The position numbers and the translations under genes are program-made. The notes beneath the pieces are model-generated. The model ran no database searches. It was not told the origin of the DNA and saw only the letters and a list, made by a program, of their open reading frames with translations. This document shows positions 13,348 through 22,154 of a DNA stretch of 24,000 bases, in pieces. The stretch comes from Cetobacterium sp. SF1 (GTDB lineage Bacteria > Fusobacteriota > Fusobacteriia > Fusobacteriales > Fusobacteriaceae), in NCBI RefSeq assembly GCF_050033475.1, contig NZ_CP188322.1:101953-125952 (forward strand). Direction: 5' to 3'. Each line of letters begins with the position of its first letter. Position 1 is the first letter of the stretch.

Positions 13348-14784
13348 TTAGTTATTTGTTTTTTTTGCAATTTTAGGAAGAATAAATCCTAAACCTACCA
13401 ATACAACTGGAGTTAAAATATTTAAAGTTAATTGGAAAAACCATTCAGAAGTAAATGCAGGTATATCTTTAGGGAAAACACCCATTGAGCAGGCAAATGC
13501 AGTAAATGCAAAACACCAAACTCCAACTAAAGTTGCTAATTTATCATTTTTTATAAATTTATACTTAGCATGAGCTGTTAAATTTTTATTTTTCAATAAT
13601 CCTCTTAATCCGATATAAGCCAGGAATACCCATAGATATCTTAAAGGCATAACTATAGAGTTCAAGTCTAATAACCAGTTATAAAGATTATTCATATTTC
13701 CTATTCCAAAGGCTGGGATAATGATAAGAATACTTACTAAAATAGCAGTTAATTTATATCCATTTATAGGAGCACCATATTCATTTGTGATTGCGAAAGA
13801 TTTAGGAATATATCTTTTGTCAGCATCACCAATTAATATTTTTAAAGGTGCATCTATTGAAAACATTAATCCTGCTACCTGTCCTAAGGCATTAGCAATA
13901 GCATATAAAACTAATAGTAAATTTCCAACACCATAATATTCACCAAGTAATTTGAATGCATAATATTGACCATTCATTTTTAAATCTGCTGGAATATTGT
14001 TACTGTTAAACATAATACCCATTGCAAAAGATCCTAATAAAGCTGACATACCAACCATTGCTGCAAGAGCTAACATTCCTTTAGGAAAATTTCTGTCTGG
14101 ATGATCTAGATCTTTAACATATGGAGATATTTTTTCAGCACCACCAACAGCAAAAATTAACATAGATATTGTTGTAAAATATCTAAAATCAAATTTAGGT
14201 AAGAAAGTACTCATACTCCATACTGTAGTCGCAGACTTAGCATCAACTAATTTTGGAGCTGCTACAGTTAAAAGTATATATAAAATTCCCATGAAAAACA
14301 TAGATGTTCCTGCAAGAGCACCAATTCTTTTTAAAGAGTTGATTCCCTTTGATGATAGCCATAAGAATACTAAAAATATTATTAATACTATACTTTGTAA
14401 AAGAATAGGATTGAAATTTTTAATAATACTTGCATCTTGGAAAAATACCCAACTTAAAGCAACTAAAACATTTTGAGGTTTTTGTGCTAAGTATGGAATA
14501 TGTACAACCCAATATGTCCAACCAGCTAAGTAAGCAATCATAGGTCCATAAGTAGATCCTATCCAACTTGAAACTCCACCAGATTGATGATCAAATACAG
14601 ATCCCATTTCTCCAACCATAAGTGCGTAAGGTAAAAAATATAAAGATAATATTAGTATCCAAGAAATAACAACTGTAAGACCTTGATTGGCATAGTTATT
14701 AACAACATTTCCAAATCCCCAAACAATTGTAAATCCCATCATGGCTAATGTTCGCCAATTGATTTTTTTAACGTTTGTTCCCAT
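13348..14784 (-). CDS. APC-superfamily permease, YjeM/YgjI-like (paralogue of 4537..5943)
   Basis: 478 aa, about 12 TM segments. RBS AAGGAG. Shares the GNVVNN N-terminal motif and overall layout with the ebg-operon permease. Confidence 0.85.
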   Translation of the reverse strand: MGTNVKKINWRTLAMMGFTIVWGFGNVVNNYANQGLTVVISWILILSLYFLPYALMVGEMGSVFDHQSGGVSSWIGSTYGPMIAYLAGWTYWVVHIPYLAQKPQNVLVALSWVFFQDASIIKNFNPILLQSIVLIIFLVFLWLSSKGINSLKRIGALAGTSMFFMGILYILLTVAAPKLVDAKSATTVWSMSTFLPKFDFRYFTTISMLIFAVGGAEKISPYVKDLDHPDRNFPKGMLALAAMVGMSALLGSFAMGIMFNSNNIPADLKMNGQYYAFKLLGEYYGVGNLLLVLYAIANALGQVAGLMFSIDAPLKILIGDADKRYIPKSFAITNEYGAPINGYKLTAILVSILIIIPAFGIGNMNNLYNWLLDLNSIVMPLRYLWVFLAYIGLRGLLKNKNLTAHAKYKFIKNDKLATLVGVWCFAFTAFACSMGVFPKDIPAFTSEWFFQLTLNILTPVVLVGLGFILPKIAKKTNN

Positions 14785-14836
14785 TAATTCTGCTCCTTTT
14801 TTTATACAATTAAAAATATCACTTTATCAATGTCTA

Positions 14837-14865
14837 AGAATACAGTAAATATACGCAAAATGCAA
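14837..14865 (-). promoter_or_regulatory. Candidate promoter for the 13348..14784 permease
   Basis: On the minus strand: TTGCAT, 17-nt spacer, TATTCT, about 50 nt upstream of the ATG. Confidence 0.35.
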
Positions 14866-14961
14866 ATTTTTTTTATATAATTACTAAAAAATGAAATAAT
14901 ATTTTTATTTATCCTAAAAATATAGTATGGAATTTAAGAATTTATATTTTTAAAATTAATG

Positions 14962-14970
14962 TGGTATAAT
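14962..14970 (+). promoter_or_regulatory. Extended -10 promoter element (TGgTATAAT)
   Basis: Perfect TATAAT preceded by the TGn extension. It lies 26 nt upstream of the small-ORF ATG and about 185 nt upstream of pabA. Confidence 0.6.
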
Positions 14971-14995
14971 AATAAAAAGCTGGGAGGGATGAATT

Positions 14996-15088
14996 ATGAA
15001 AGAAGAGCATAAGAAAAGAATCTATATGGCAATTGTTTTAATAATTATTTTAGCATTAGGGTTTTTCTGTTTACCATGGAATATTTAG
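14996..15088 (+). CDS. Small ORF (30 aa), single-TM peptide MKEEHKKRIYMAIVLIIILALGFFCLPWNI; not in the ORF track
   Basis: RBS GGGAGGG 7 nt upstream of the ATG, directly downstream of the extended -10 promoter. It has a charged N-terminus followed by one hydrophobic helix, and is followed by a hairpin. Confidence 0.4.
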   Translation: MKEEHKKRIYMAIVLIIILALGFFCLPWNI

Positions 15089-15097
15089 AGAGCAAAG

Positions 15098-15137
15098 AAA
15101 AAGTTTCTAAGGCTATTATTAGAAACTTTTTTTATTT
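15098..15137 (+). terminator. AU-rich hairpin with T-tract between the small ORF and pabA (weak terminator or attenuator)
   Basis: Stem A(AAA)AGTTTCTAA / TTAGAAACT(TTTT), loop GGCTATTA, then TTTTTTTATTT. Only 2 G-C pairs. It ends about 19 nt before the pabA ATG. Confidence 0.5.
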
Positions 15138-15155
15138 AATAGAGGTGATTTTATT

Positions 15156-15743
15156 ATGATATTAATGATAGATAATTTTGATTCGTTTACTTATAATTTA
15201 GTTCAATATTTAGAAATGCTAAATGAAGAGGTTATAGTTCGAAGAAATAATAGTATAACAATAGAAGAAATAAAAAGATTAAGACCAGAAATAATAGTAA
15301 TTTCACCAGGACCAGGAAATCCAAAGGATGCTGGAATAAGTATGGAAATTATTGAAGTATTTAAAGGTAAAATTCCAATTTTGGGAATTTGTTTAGGACA
15401 TCAATCTATAGGAGAAATTTTTGGTGGAAATATAATAAAGGGATTAGAACCAGTTCATGGAAAAGTATACCCTATAATTCATAACAAAAAAGGAATATTT
15501 AAAGAATTACCAAGTCCGCTAAATGTAACTCGATATCATTCTCTAGTAATAGATAAGAAAACTTTGCCAGAGTGTCTTGAAATAACTGCTGAAACTGAAG
15601 ATGGTCAAATTATGGGTGTTAGACATAAAAAATTTTTAATAGAAGGAGTTCAATTTCATCCAGAAGCAATTTTAACAGAATATGGATTAGATATGCTTAA
15701 GAATTTTTTAATGGAGGCACAAAATGTTAATAAAGGAATTTAA
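15156..15743 (+). CDS. pabA: Aminodeoxychorismate/anthranilate synthase glutamine amidotransferase component II
   Basis: MILMIDNFDSFTYNLVQYL N-terminus. Class-I GATase triad context GICLGHQ and FHPE. Confidence 0.9.
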   Translation: MILMIDNFDSFTYNLVQYLEMLNEEVIVRRNNSITIEEIKRLRPEIIVISPGPGNPKDAGISMEIIEVFKGKIPILGICLGHQSIGEIFGGNIIKGLEPVHGKVYPIIHNKKGIFKELPSPLNVTRYHSLVIDKKTLPECLEITAETEDGQIMGVRHKKFLIEGVQFHPEAILTEYGLDMLKNFLMEAQNVNKGI

Positions 15744-17097
15744 AACTTCAAAAAATTCTATAGAAATTTTTGAAAATTTTTTAGAAGATGATTACGCAAT
15801 TTTTTTAGATAGTCAAAGAGATGAAAAAAAATTGGGAAGATATTCAATAATAGCAAGTAATCCTTTTATAAAAATAATTAGTAAAAATCAGCAAGTTACA
15901 ATTATTTATGTAGAACAAAATAAAAAAGAAATAATAACAACAACATCATCTTTAAGTGAACTATCAAATTTATTAGAAAAATATAAAATTTCCTATGATG
16001 GGGATTTTCCTTTTATAGGAGGAGCTTTAGGACATTTTTCTTATGATCTGCTAGAAGAAATAGAAAAAATAAATATATCTCAAGAAGATGATTTAAATAT
16101 TCCTGATTTTAATTTTGGAATTTATAATGAAGCTATAGTTATAGATAATTTATTCAATAAAAAGTATATAATAGCTCAGAGTTTTGTTAACAATATAGAC
16201 GAGAGAATAAAAAATATTGAAAATAAAATTTGTCAAAAAAAAATATTTAAGAATATATTTTATGATAAGAATAGTAAAATAGAAAACTGTATTGAAAAAG
16301 AAGAATATATAAAGGCAATTGAGATAGTTAAAGAAAATATTGAAATGGGTAATGTCTATCAAATAAATTATACTCAAAGATTTCAATGTCAATTAAATAA
16401 AAGTCCTTTTACTTTATATAAAAGACTAGGAGAAACTAATAAGGCTCCCTTTGCAAGTTATTTATCTTTGGAGGAATATCAAATAGTTTCTAGTTCTCCT
16501 GAAAGATTTATAAGAGTACAAAATAGAAAAATAGATACAAGACCAATTAAAGGAACAATTGCTAGAGGGAAAACAGAAATAGAGGATTTTAATAATAAAA
16601 ATATTTTAAAGAATAGTAAAAAAGATCAATCAGAATTATTAATGATTGTAGATTTGGAAAGAAATGATTTAGGTAAAATATGTAAAACAGGTAGTGTAAA
16701 GGTAGATGAACTATTTCATATAGAAGAATATGCAACAGTTTTTCAACAAATTGCTAATGTTGAAGGTATTTTAAAGGATAATATAGATTTAAAAGAGATT
16801 TTACAAGGTACTTTTCCTGGAGGATCCATAACAGGAGCTCCAAAAATAAAAGCTATGGAACTTATAGGAAAATTAGAAAAAACTAAAAGAAATATTTATA
16901 CAGGATCAATTGGATATATTAGTTTTAATGGAAATATAGATTTTAATATAGTTATAAGAACTGTTCTTTGTAAAAATAATATGGCTTATTTTCAAGTTGG
17001 AGGAGGAATCGTTTGGGATTCTGACGCAGAAGCAGAATATGAAGAAAGTTTATTAAAGGGTAAGGCTTTAAAGGAGGCCTTATTATGGAAAGAATAA
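15724..17097 (+). CDS. pabB: Aminodeoxychorismate synthase component I
   Basis: Chorismate-binding-enzyme C-terminal motifs SSSPERF, RPIKGT, ELLMIVDLERNDLGK, PGGSITGAPK and GGGIVWDS. Overlaps pabA by 20 nt. Confidence 0.9.
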   Translation: MLIKEFKTSKNSIEIFENFLEDDYAIFLDSQRDEKKLGRYSIIASNPFIKIISKNQQVTIIYVEQNKKEIITTTSSLSELSNLLEKYKISYDGDFPFIGGALGHFSYDLLEEIEKINISQEDDLNIPDFNFGIYNEAIVIDNLFNKKYIIAQSFVNNIDERIKNIENKICQKKIFKNIFYDKNSKIENCIEKEEYIKAIEIVKENIEMGNVYQINYTQRFQCQLNKSPFTLYKRLGETNKAPFASYLSLEEYQIVSSSPERFIRVQNRKIDTRPIKGTIARGKTEIEDFNNKNILKNSKKDQSELLMIVDLERNDLGKICKTGSVKVDELFHIEEYATVFQQIANVEGILKDNIDLKEILQGTFPGGSITGAPKIKAMELIGKLEKTKRNIYTGSIGYISFNGNIDFNIVIRTVLCKNNMAYFQVGGGIVWDSDAEAEYEESLLKGKALKEALLWKE

Positions 17098-17840
17098 AAG
17101 AAATAAAAGAAGAAGGATTTTTATATGGTTATGGTTTATTCGAAACAATAAATATAAAAAATAAAATACCTAAGAATTTAGAGAAACATTTTTTAAGATT
17201 AAAATCCTCTGCCATGGATTTTAATATAGAATTTAGTTTAAATTATGATGAATTTAAAAATTTATTTTTTGAAGAGATTAGTAAATATAAAGAAAATGAT
17301 TTTATTTTAAGATTTACTCTTATTAAAGATGGGGATGAGAGTAAGTATTTTTTTAATAAAAGATCTAATCCATATGGAAAAGAAATTTATGAAAAAGGAT
17401 TTAAAGTTAAAATTTCAGATTTTTTAAGAAATGAAAATTCTAGATTGGTTTATTATAAGACTTTAAATTATATGGAAAATTATATGGAATTATTAGAAGC
17501 TCGAAAAGAAAATTATAATGAAGTAATTTTTTTTAATAGTAAAAATTATTTATGTGAAGGAGCTATTAGTAATATATTTATAATTTCTAAAGGAATTTTT
17601 TATACTCCTTCATTAAAAAATGGATTATTAAAGGGAATTATGAGAGATGAAATTATTAATAAATTAAAAGCTCATGGGGAAATTATTAAAGAAGAAAATA
17701 TAAATTTAAAATTTCTAATAGAAGCCGATGAAATTTTTATAACTAATTCCATTTTAGGAATTATGAAAGTTTCAGAATTAAATGGGAAAAAATATTCTAC
17801 TAGAGTAGTTGAAAGTTTAAAAGAAAAATTTAATATTTAA
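17085..17840 (+). CDS. pabC: Aminodeoxychorismate lyase (class IV PLP aminotransferase fold)
   Basis: N-terminus FLYGYGLFETI, a putative PLP-Lys context YYKTLNY, and GILKGIMR-type and ITNS motifs. Overlaps pabB by 13 nt. The lyase versus branched-chain/D-amino-acid aminotransferase assignment rests on operon context. Confidence 0.8.
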   Translation: MERIKEIKEEGFLYGYGLFETINIKNKIPKNLEKHFLRLKSSAMDFNIEFSLNYDEFKNLFFEEISKYKENDFILRFTLIKDGDESKYFFNKRSNPYGKEIYEKGFKVKISDFLRNENSRLVYYKTLNYMENYMELLEARKENYNEVIFFNSKNYLCEGAISNIFIISKGIFYTPSLKNGLLKGIMRDEIINKLKAHGEIIKEENINLKFLIEADEIFITNSILGIMKVSELNGKKYSTRVVESLKEKFNI

Positions 17841-17842
17841 TT

Positions 17843-17876
17843 AAAAAGAGGGCATTTGCATAATGCCCTCTTTTAT
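17843..17876. terminator. Bidirectional rho-independent terminator between pabC and the AGCS gene
   Basis: Stem AGAGGGCATT / AATGCCCTCT with loop TGCAT, AAAAA before and TTTT after. Confidence 0.9.
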
Positions 17877-17878
17877 TA

Positions 17879-19270
17879 TTAATCCCAATATTCAATAGTG
17901 TTTTTATAGTTAGATTTAATATTTTCTTTAATAAATACTGGATCTTTTCCTTCTTTTTTTTGTGATAAATAGTCTTGTAGAGCTTCAAAAGCAATTTTTC
18001 CTAATAAAGCTATAGCAATTAGATTAAGAATAGCCATTAGAGCCATAAATAAATCTGCAAGATTCCATACTAAAACTAAGTCTGTAATAGCTCCGAAGAA
18101 AACCATAAAAATAACAAGAACTCTATAAATATGAAGATATATTTTATTTTCAGTTAAAAATTCAATATTTGTTTCTCCATAATAATAATTTCCTACAATG
18201 GAACTAAATGCAAATAGTAAAATACATATAGCAATAAAAATATTTCCCCAATGACCAACTTGTGAACTAAGAGCTTTTTGAGTTAGTTGAATTCCAGTTG
18301 CCGAGGAACCTTCATGTACACCTGAAACTAAAACCATAAATGCAGTACATGAACAAATTATAATAGTATCAGTAAAAACTCCTAAGGTTTGTACAAATCC
18401 TTGTTTAACAGGATGGCTTATATCAGCAGTAGCAGCAGCATTAGGAGCAGACCCCATTCCAGCTTCATTAGAAAAAAGTCCTCTTTTAACACCGATCATT
18501 ATAGTAGCACCTAGCCCACCACCAAAAACAGATTGAAAATTAAAGGCTTGATTAATTATATTTGAAAAGATACTTGGAATTAAGTGAATATTTTTTATTA
18601 TAACTAGAAGAGAAATTAATATATATAGAATAGCCATAACTGGTACAACAGTTGCACTAAAATTTGCAACACGATGAACACCACCAAATATTATAACAGC
18701 GGTAGCTAGAGCTAAAATGATTCCAACAATAGTTTTATCAAAATTAAAGGCTTCTTCAAAGGCTAAAGAAATAGTATTAGATTGAACAGAATTGAATATT
18801 AAACCAAAGGCAATAGAAATAAGAATAGAAAACATGATGCCCATCCATTTTTTATTGAGAGCTTTATCCATATAATATGCAGGGCCCCCTCTGTAGGTAT
18901 CACCATTTTTAACTTTATAAATTTGAGCAAGAGTACTTTCAACAAAACTAGAAGCACCACCAATAATAGCAATAAGCCACATCCAAAAGATAGAACCTGG
19001 TCCACCTGTAGCTATGGCAATGGCAACACCAGCTAAATTACCTGTTCCAACTCTAGAAGCAGTACTTATACAAAAAGCCTTAAAAGAAGAAATACCATTA
19101 GCCTGCTGTGCACTTCCACCCAAAAGTTTAAACATATGAGGAATATGCTTTAACTGTACAAAATTACTTTTCAATGTGAAATAAAATCCAATAGATAAAA
19201 GCATAATTATTAAAACATATCCCCATAAGATATCATTTGAAAAATTAACAAAATTGTGAATAAAATTCAT
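17879..19270 (-). CDS. Alanine/glycine:cation symporter (AGCS family)
   Basis: 463 aa. Family-typical motifs are FKAFCISTASRVGTGNLAGVAIAIATGGPGSIFWMW and GLFSNEAGMGSAPNAAA. RBS AGGGGGG. Confidence 0.9.
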   Translation of the reverse strand: MNFIHNFVNFSNDILWGYVLIIMLLSIGFYFTLKSNFVQLKHIPHMFKLLGGSAQQANGISSFKAFCISTASRVGTGNLAGVAIAIATGGPGSIFWMWLIAIIGGASSFVESTLAQIYKVKNGDTYRGGPAYYMDKALNKKWMGIMFSILISIAFGLIFNSVQSNTISLAFEEAFNFDKTIVGIILALATAVIIFGGVHRVANFSATVVPVMAILYILISLLVIIKNIHLIPSIFSNIINQAFNFQSVFGGGLGATIMIGVKRGLFSNEAGMGSAPNAAATADISHPVKQGFVQTLGVFTDTIIICSCTAFMVLVSGVHEGSSATGIQLTQKALSSQVGHWGNIFIAICILLFAFSSIVGNYYYGETNIEFLTENKIYLHIYRVLVIFMVFFGAITDLVLVWNLADLFMALMAILNLIAIALLGKIAFEALQDYLSQKKEGKDPVFIKENIKSNYKNTIEYWD

Positions 19271-19371
19271 TATAACCCCCCTTTTTTATAATTCAAGAGA
19301 TTATAATATAAATTAAAAAAATATAAAAATATATATTTTATAGATGGATATATAAAATATTAATATATAAT

Positions 19372-20313
19372 TTAATTGTTTTCAATATTATTTAAATCTG
19401 TTTTCAATAAAATTAAAGAGTTTTTTACATAGTGATAAAAAACAATGAAGATATTATCTGAAAAAATATTTGTATTTGTACTTGTATTATCTGAATTTCC
19501 ATCAGTTGTTGAAGTTGGTGTTTCAGTAGTACTTGGACTAGATCCTAAAACAGAAAAAATAAATCCAAGAGAAAAACTAGTTAAAAAAATACCTAGAATA
19601 GTCTCACAAACGCTTATAAGTCTAATATATGGATTTATAGCAGTAATAGGTCCTGTTCCAACAGTTGTCAGACTTCCTAAACTTATATATACATAATTTA
19701 AGTAATTTGAAAAAATAAAATTAGAAGGTTTTTCTACACCATCAAACATATTACTAGAGGCCATTAAATTGGCAATATAATAAAAAGAACCAAATGATAT
19801 ACCTAAGATAATATAAGTTAAAAAGGTTGTGATAATATCAACACCTGCAATTTTTTTCTTTTTATAAATTAACATAATAAATTGTCTAGAGACTATTAAA
19901 AGAATTAAAAACATAGTAACAAAAACTGTAATTATATGAAGTATTTTAATAACAATTTCATCTAGAGAGCCTGCCAAAAATTGATCATTAAAAATACCTA
20001 AAATAGGAATTAAAACAGTAAAATATAATAGAAGACTCATTGAGAAGAAAATGTGATCGCTTAAAAAGCGTTTAAATTTAAATCTGAAAAAATAAAGGCA
20101 AGGATATAGCATAATAAAAATAGAAAAAATCATAGCACAGCTACTAGATATAAAAACTTTAGAATTCCAAACGACATTAAATTTATAGAATTCAATTGCT
20201 GTTAAAAAAAGAGAAAGAAAAAAGGAAATACTTCTGATTTCCTTTCTTTTTAAATGATCATATGCTTGAATCTTAAGAAATAAAAAGTTAAAAAATTTAG
20301 AAATATATTTCAT
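19372..20313 (-). CDS. Ion-channel family protein (6 TM plus pore loop; Ion_trans_2-like) with a TTVGTG filter and an S/T/N-rich C-terminal tract
   Basis: The likely start is MKYISKFF at 20313, because the track start at 20325 would encode the RBS GGAGGAG itself. The pore-helix/filter is YVYISLGSLTTVGTGPI, followed by the inner helix IRLISVCETILGIFLTSFSLGFIF and then GSSPSTTETPTSTTDGNSDNTSTNTN. Confidence 0.7.
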   Translation of the reverse strand: MKYISKFFNFLFLKIQAYDHLKRKEIRSISFFLSLFLTAIEFYKFNVVWNSKVFISSSCAMIFSIFIMLYPCLYFFRFKFKRFLSDHIFFSMSLLLYFTVLIPILGIFNDQFLAGSLDEIVIKILHIITVFVTMFLILLIVSRQFIMLIYKKKKIAGVDIITTFLTYIILGISFGSFYYIANLMASSNMFDGVEKPSNFIFSNYLNYVYISLGSLTTVGTGPITAINPYIRLISVCETILGIFLTSFSLGFIFSVLGSSPSTTETPTSTTDGNSDNTSTNTNIFSDNIFIVFYHYVKNSLILLKTDLNNIENN

Positions 20314-20378
20314 AAACTCCTCCAAAATAATGTAAAGTATAATTAATAATATAATTTTATAAAAAACTAGTCAATCTT

Positions 20379-20407
20379 TTGACAAGAAATAAGTTAAAAT
20401 GTATTCT
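20379..20407 (+). promoter_or_regulatory. Candidate sigma70-type promoter for the nlpC/P60 cluster
   Basis: Perfect -35 TTGACA, 17-nt spacer, TATTCT. The -35 is the right arm of a short inverted repeat GTCAA-TCTT-TTGAC. Confidence 0.45.
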
Positions 20408-20444
20408 ATAAAAATAATACTATTTATTTACTACTGGAGGAATT

Positions 20445-20903
20445 ATGAAAAACTTTTTTAGATTTATAATAATTTTTATGATTTGTTTTTTAACTGGATG
20501 TACATCAGCAAAAATTTCTCAAAAAGAAAGAAATAATAGGTTATCAAAAATAAAAACTTTTTATACTGAATGGAAAGGAACAAAGTATAAATATGGAGGG
20601 CAGAGTAAAAAAGGAGTTGATTGTTCTGGCTTAGTAGGAATTTTTTTCAAAGAAGAATATAATAAATCTATTCCACGAACAACTTTAGAAATAGCAAAAG
20701 AAGGTGAAGAAGTATCGAGCATATCTGATTTAGAAGTTGGTGATATAGTTTTATTTAAAATAAGAAGAAAAGTTTATCATACAGGACTATATATTGGGAA
20801 TGGAAAATTTTTACATTCCTCAACTCAAAAAGGAGTTATGATTTCAATGTTTGATGACTATTGGTTAAAAAAATATTGGCAAAGTAGAAGAATATTACAA
20901 TAG
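20445..20903 (+). CDS. NlpC/P60-family peptidoglycan endopeptidase lipoprotein (Spr/MepS-like)
   Basis: Lipobox FLTGC. Catalytic Cys context GVDCSGLV, His context YHTGLYIG, and a third residue in FLHSS. Confidence 0.85.
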   Translation: MKNFFRFIIIFMICFLTGCTSAKISQKERNNRLSKIKTFYTEWKGTKYKYGGQSKKGVDCSGLVGIFFKEEYNKSIPRTTLEIAKEGEEVSSISDLEVGDIVLFKIRRKVYHTGLYIGNGKFLHSSTQKGVMISMFDDYWLKKYWQSRRILQ

Positions 20904-20951
20904 TTATAGTAAATAACTTTAATATATTTTAAATAAAAAAGGGGTGGTCAA

Positions 20952-21380
20952 ATGATTAAAATATTTATTTTAACCATATTGTTAGCAACTTTTACAAATG
21001 CTCAAAATCTTAAAGATGGTTTTTATTCGGTTAGAACAGATAAAACTTATTTCTTTTATTATCCAACAACAACAATGACTGTAAAAAATGGAGAAATAGT
21101 AGCAGTAACTCACGATAGAACCAAGTTAGATGGAAAAAAAGCGTCTGAGGATGAAGATTACAATAAAAATATGTTAGAAAATAGAGGAGTTAATGCAGAA
21201 ATATATTCTAAAAAATTAGTAGAAGAATATTTTGCAGCAAATAAAAATTTAGATAAAGTAGAAAATATTGCTGGGGCTACAGATTCAAGTAGACATTTTA
21301 AAAGTCAAATGAGATTTTTAATAGAAAAAGCACAAACAAAAGGCCCAGGAAATTATATAATGAAAAATTATGACTTATAA
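20952..21380 (+). CDS. Secreted FMN-binding-domain (FMN_bind) protein
   Basis: Signal peptide MIKIFILTILLATFTNA|QN. Contains DGFY..., the beta-segment VKNGEIVAV, and IAGATDSS, which corresponds to the (S/T)GA(T/S) flavinylation/FMN motif with Ala at the first position. Confidence 0.65.
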   Translation: MIKIFILTILLATFTNAQNLKDGFYSVRTDKTYFFYYPTTTMTVKNGEIVAVTHDRTKLDGKKASEDEDYNKNMLENRGVNAEIYSKKLVEEYFAANKNLDKVENIAGATDSSRHFKSQMRFLIEKAQTKGPGNYIMKNYDL

Positions 21381-21395
21381 AATTAGGAGATATTA

Positions 21396-22067
21396 ATGGA
21401 AAAAAATAAAAAGATATTGATAATTGAAGATGATACAAAAATACAAAGGTATCTTTTTTTAGAATTAACTCATGAAAACTATATAGTTGATGTGGTTGAT
21501 AATGGAATAGAAGGATTAAATAAATTAAATGAAAATGAATATTCCTTAATATTATTAGATTTAATGTTACCAAATATTTCAGGAGAAGAAGTTTGTAAAA
21601 AGATTAGAGAGCAATCAAATATACCGATTATAATTTTGACAGCTAAGGATGAACTTTTTAGTAAAATTTCTTTATTGGATTTAGGAGCAGATGATTATAT
21701 AACAAAACCTTTTAATATTCAAGAATTGTTTGCACGAATGAGAGTAATTTTTAGAAATAAAAAAGATGTAATTAATAAAAATTTTTTAGGATTCAAAAAT
21801 ATAAAAATAAATTTAGATACAAAAGAAGTTTTTTTTAATGAAGAACTTATAAAATTAACAAAAACAGAATATAATTTATTACATTATCTGTTATTAAATA
21901 GTAATATAGTTCTTTCTAGAGAAAAAATATTAGAAAATGTATGGGGTTATGATTTTATAGGGGATAGTAAGATTGTTGATATGTATATTAAAGCTTTAAG
22001 AAAAAAATTAAATTGTAATAATGATATTATAAAAACAGTGAGAGGTTTTGGATATACATTACAATAG
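21396..22067 (+). CDS. OmpR/PhoB-family response regulator (no cognate histidine kinase adjacent)
   Basis: Receiver domain ILIIEDD...LILLDLMLP...ILTAKD...GADDYITKPF. Winged-helix output LTKTEYNLLHYLL...VWGYD...VDMYIKALRKKL...TVRGFGYTL. Confidence 0.9.
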   Translation: MEKNKKILIIEDDTKIQRYLFLELTHENYIVDVVDNGIEGLNKLNENEYSLILLDLMLPNISGEEVCKKIREQSNIPIIILTAKDELFSKISLLDLGADDYITKPFNIQELFARMRVIFRNKKDVINKNFLGFKNIKINLDTKEVFFNEELIKLTKTEYNLLHYLLLNSNIVLSREKILENVWGYDFIGDSKIVDMYIKALRKKLNCNNDIIKTVRGFGYTLQ

Positions 22068-22113
22068 TTTTTTTACCCAGTTAAATAAGTTTGAAATAAA
22101 ATCTTGTATAAAT

Positions 22114-22142
22114 TTTACAAAATAAAAATAAATAAATATAAT
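22114..22142 (+). promoter_or_regulatory. Candidate sigma70-type promoter for the GH63 gene
   Basis: TTTACA, 17-nt spacer, perfect TATAAT, about 35 nt upstream of the ATG at 22176. The inverted repeat TTGTA-N7-TACAA (22104..22120) overlaps the -35. Confidence 0.45.
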
Positions 22143-22154
22143 TTTAAAATGTAG

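Noticed and set aside
14996-15088. Reading the small ORF as a Trp-type attenuation leader peptide, since pabA is homologous to and sometimes shared with trpG.
   Set aside because: There is only a single Trp codon, not a run of regulatory codons. I could not find an alternative anti-terminator pairing by eye. The peptide looks like a genuine single-TM helix. I kept only the more general read-through/attenuator question as a finding.
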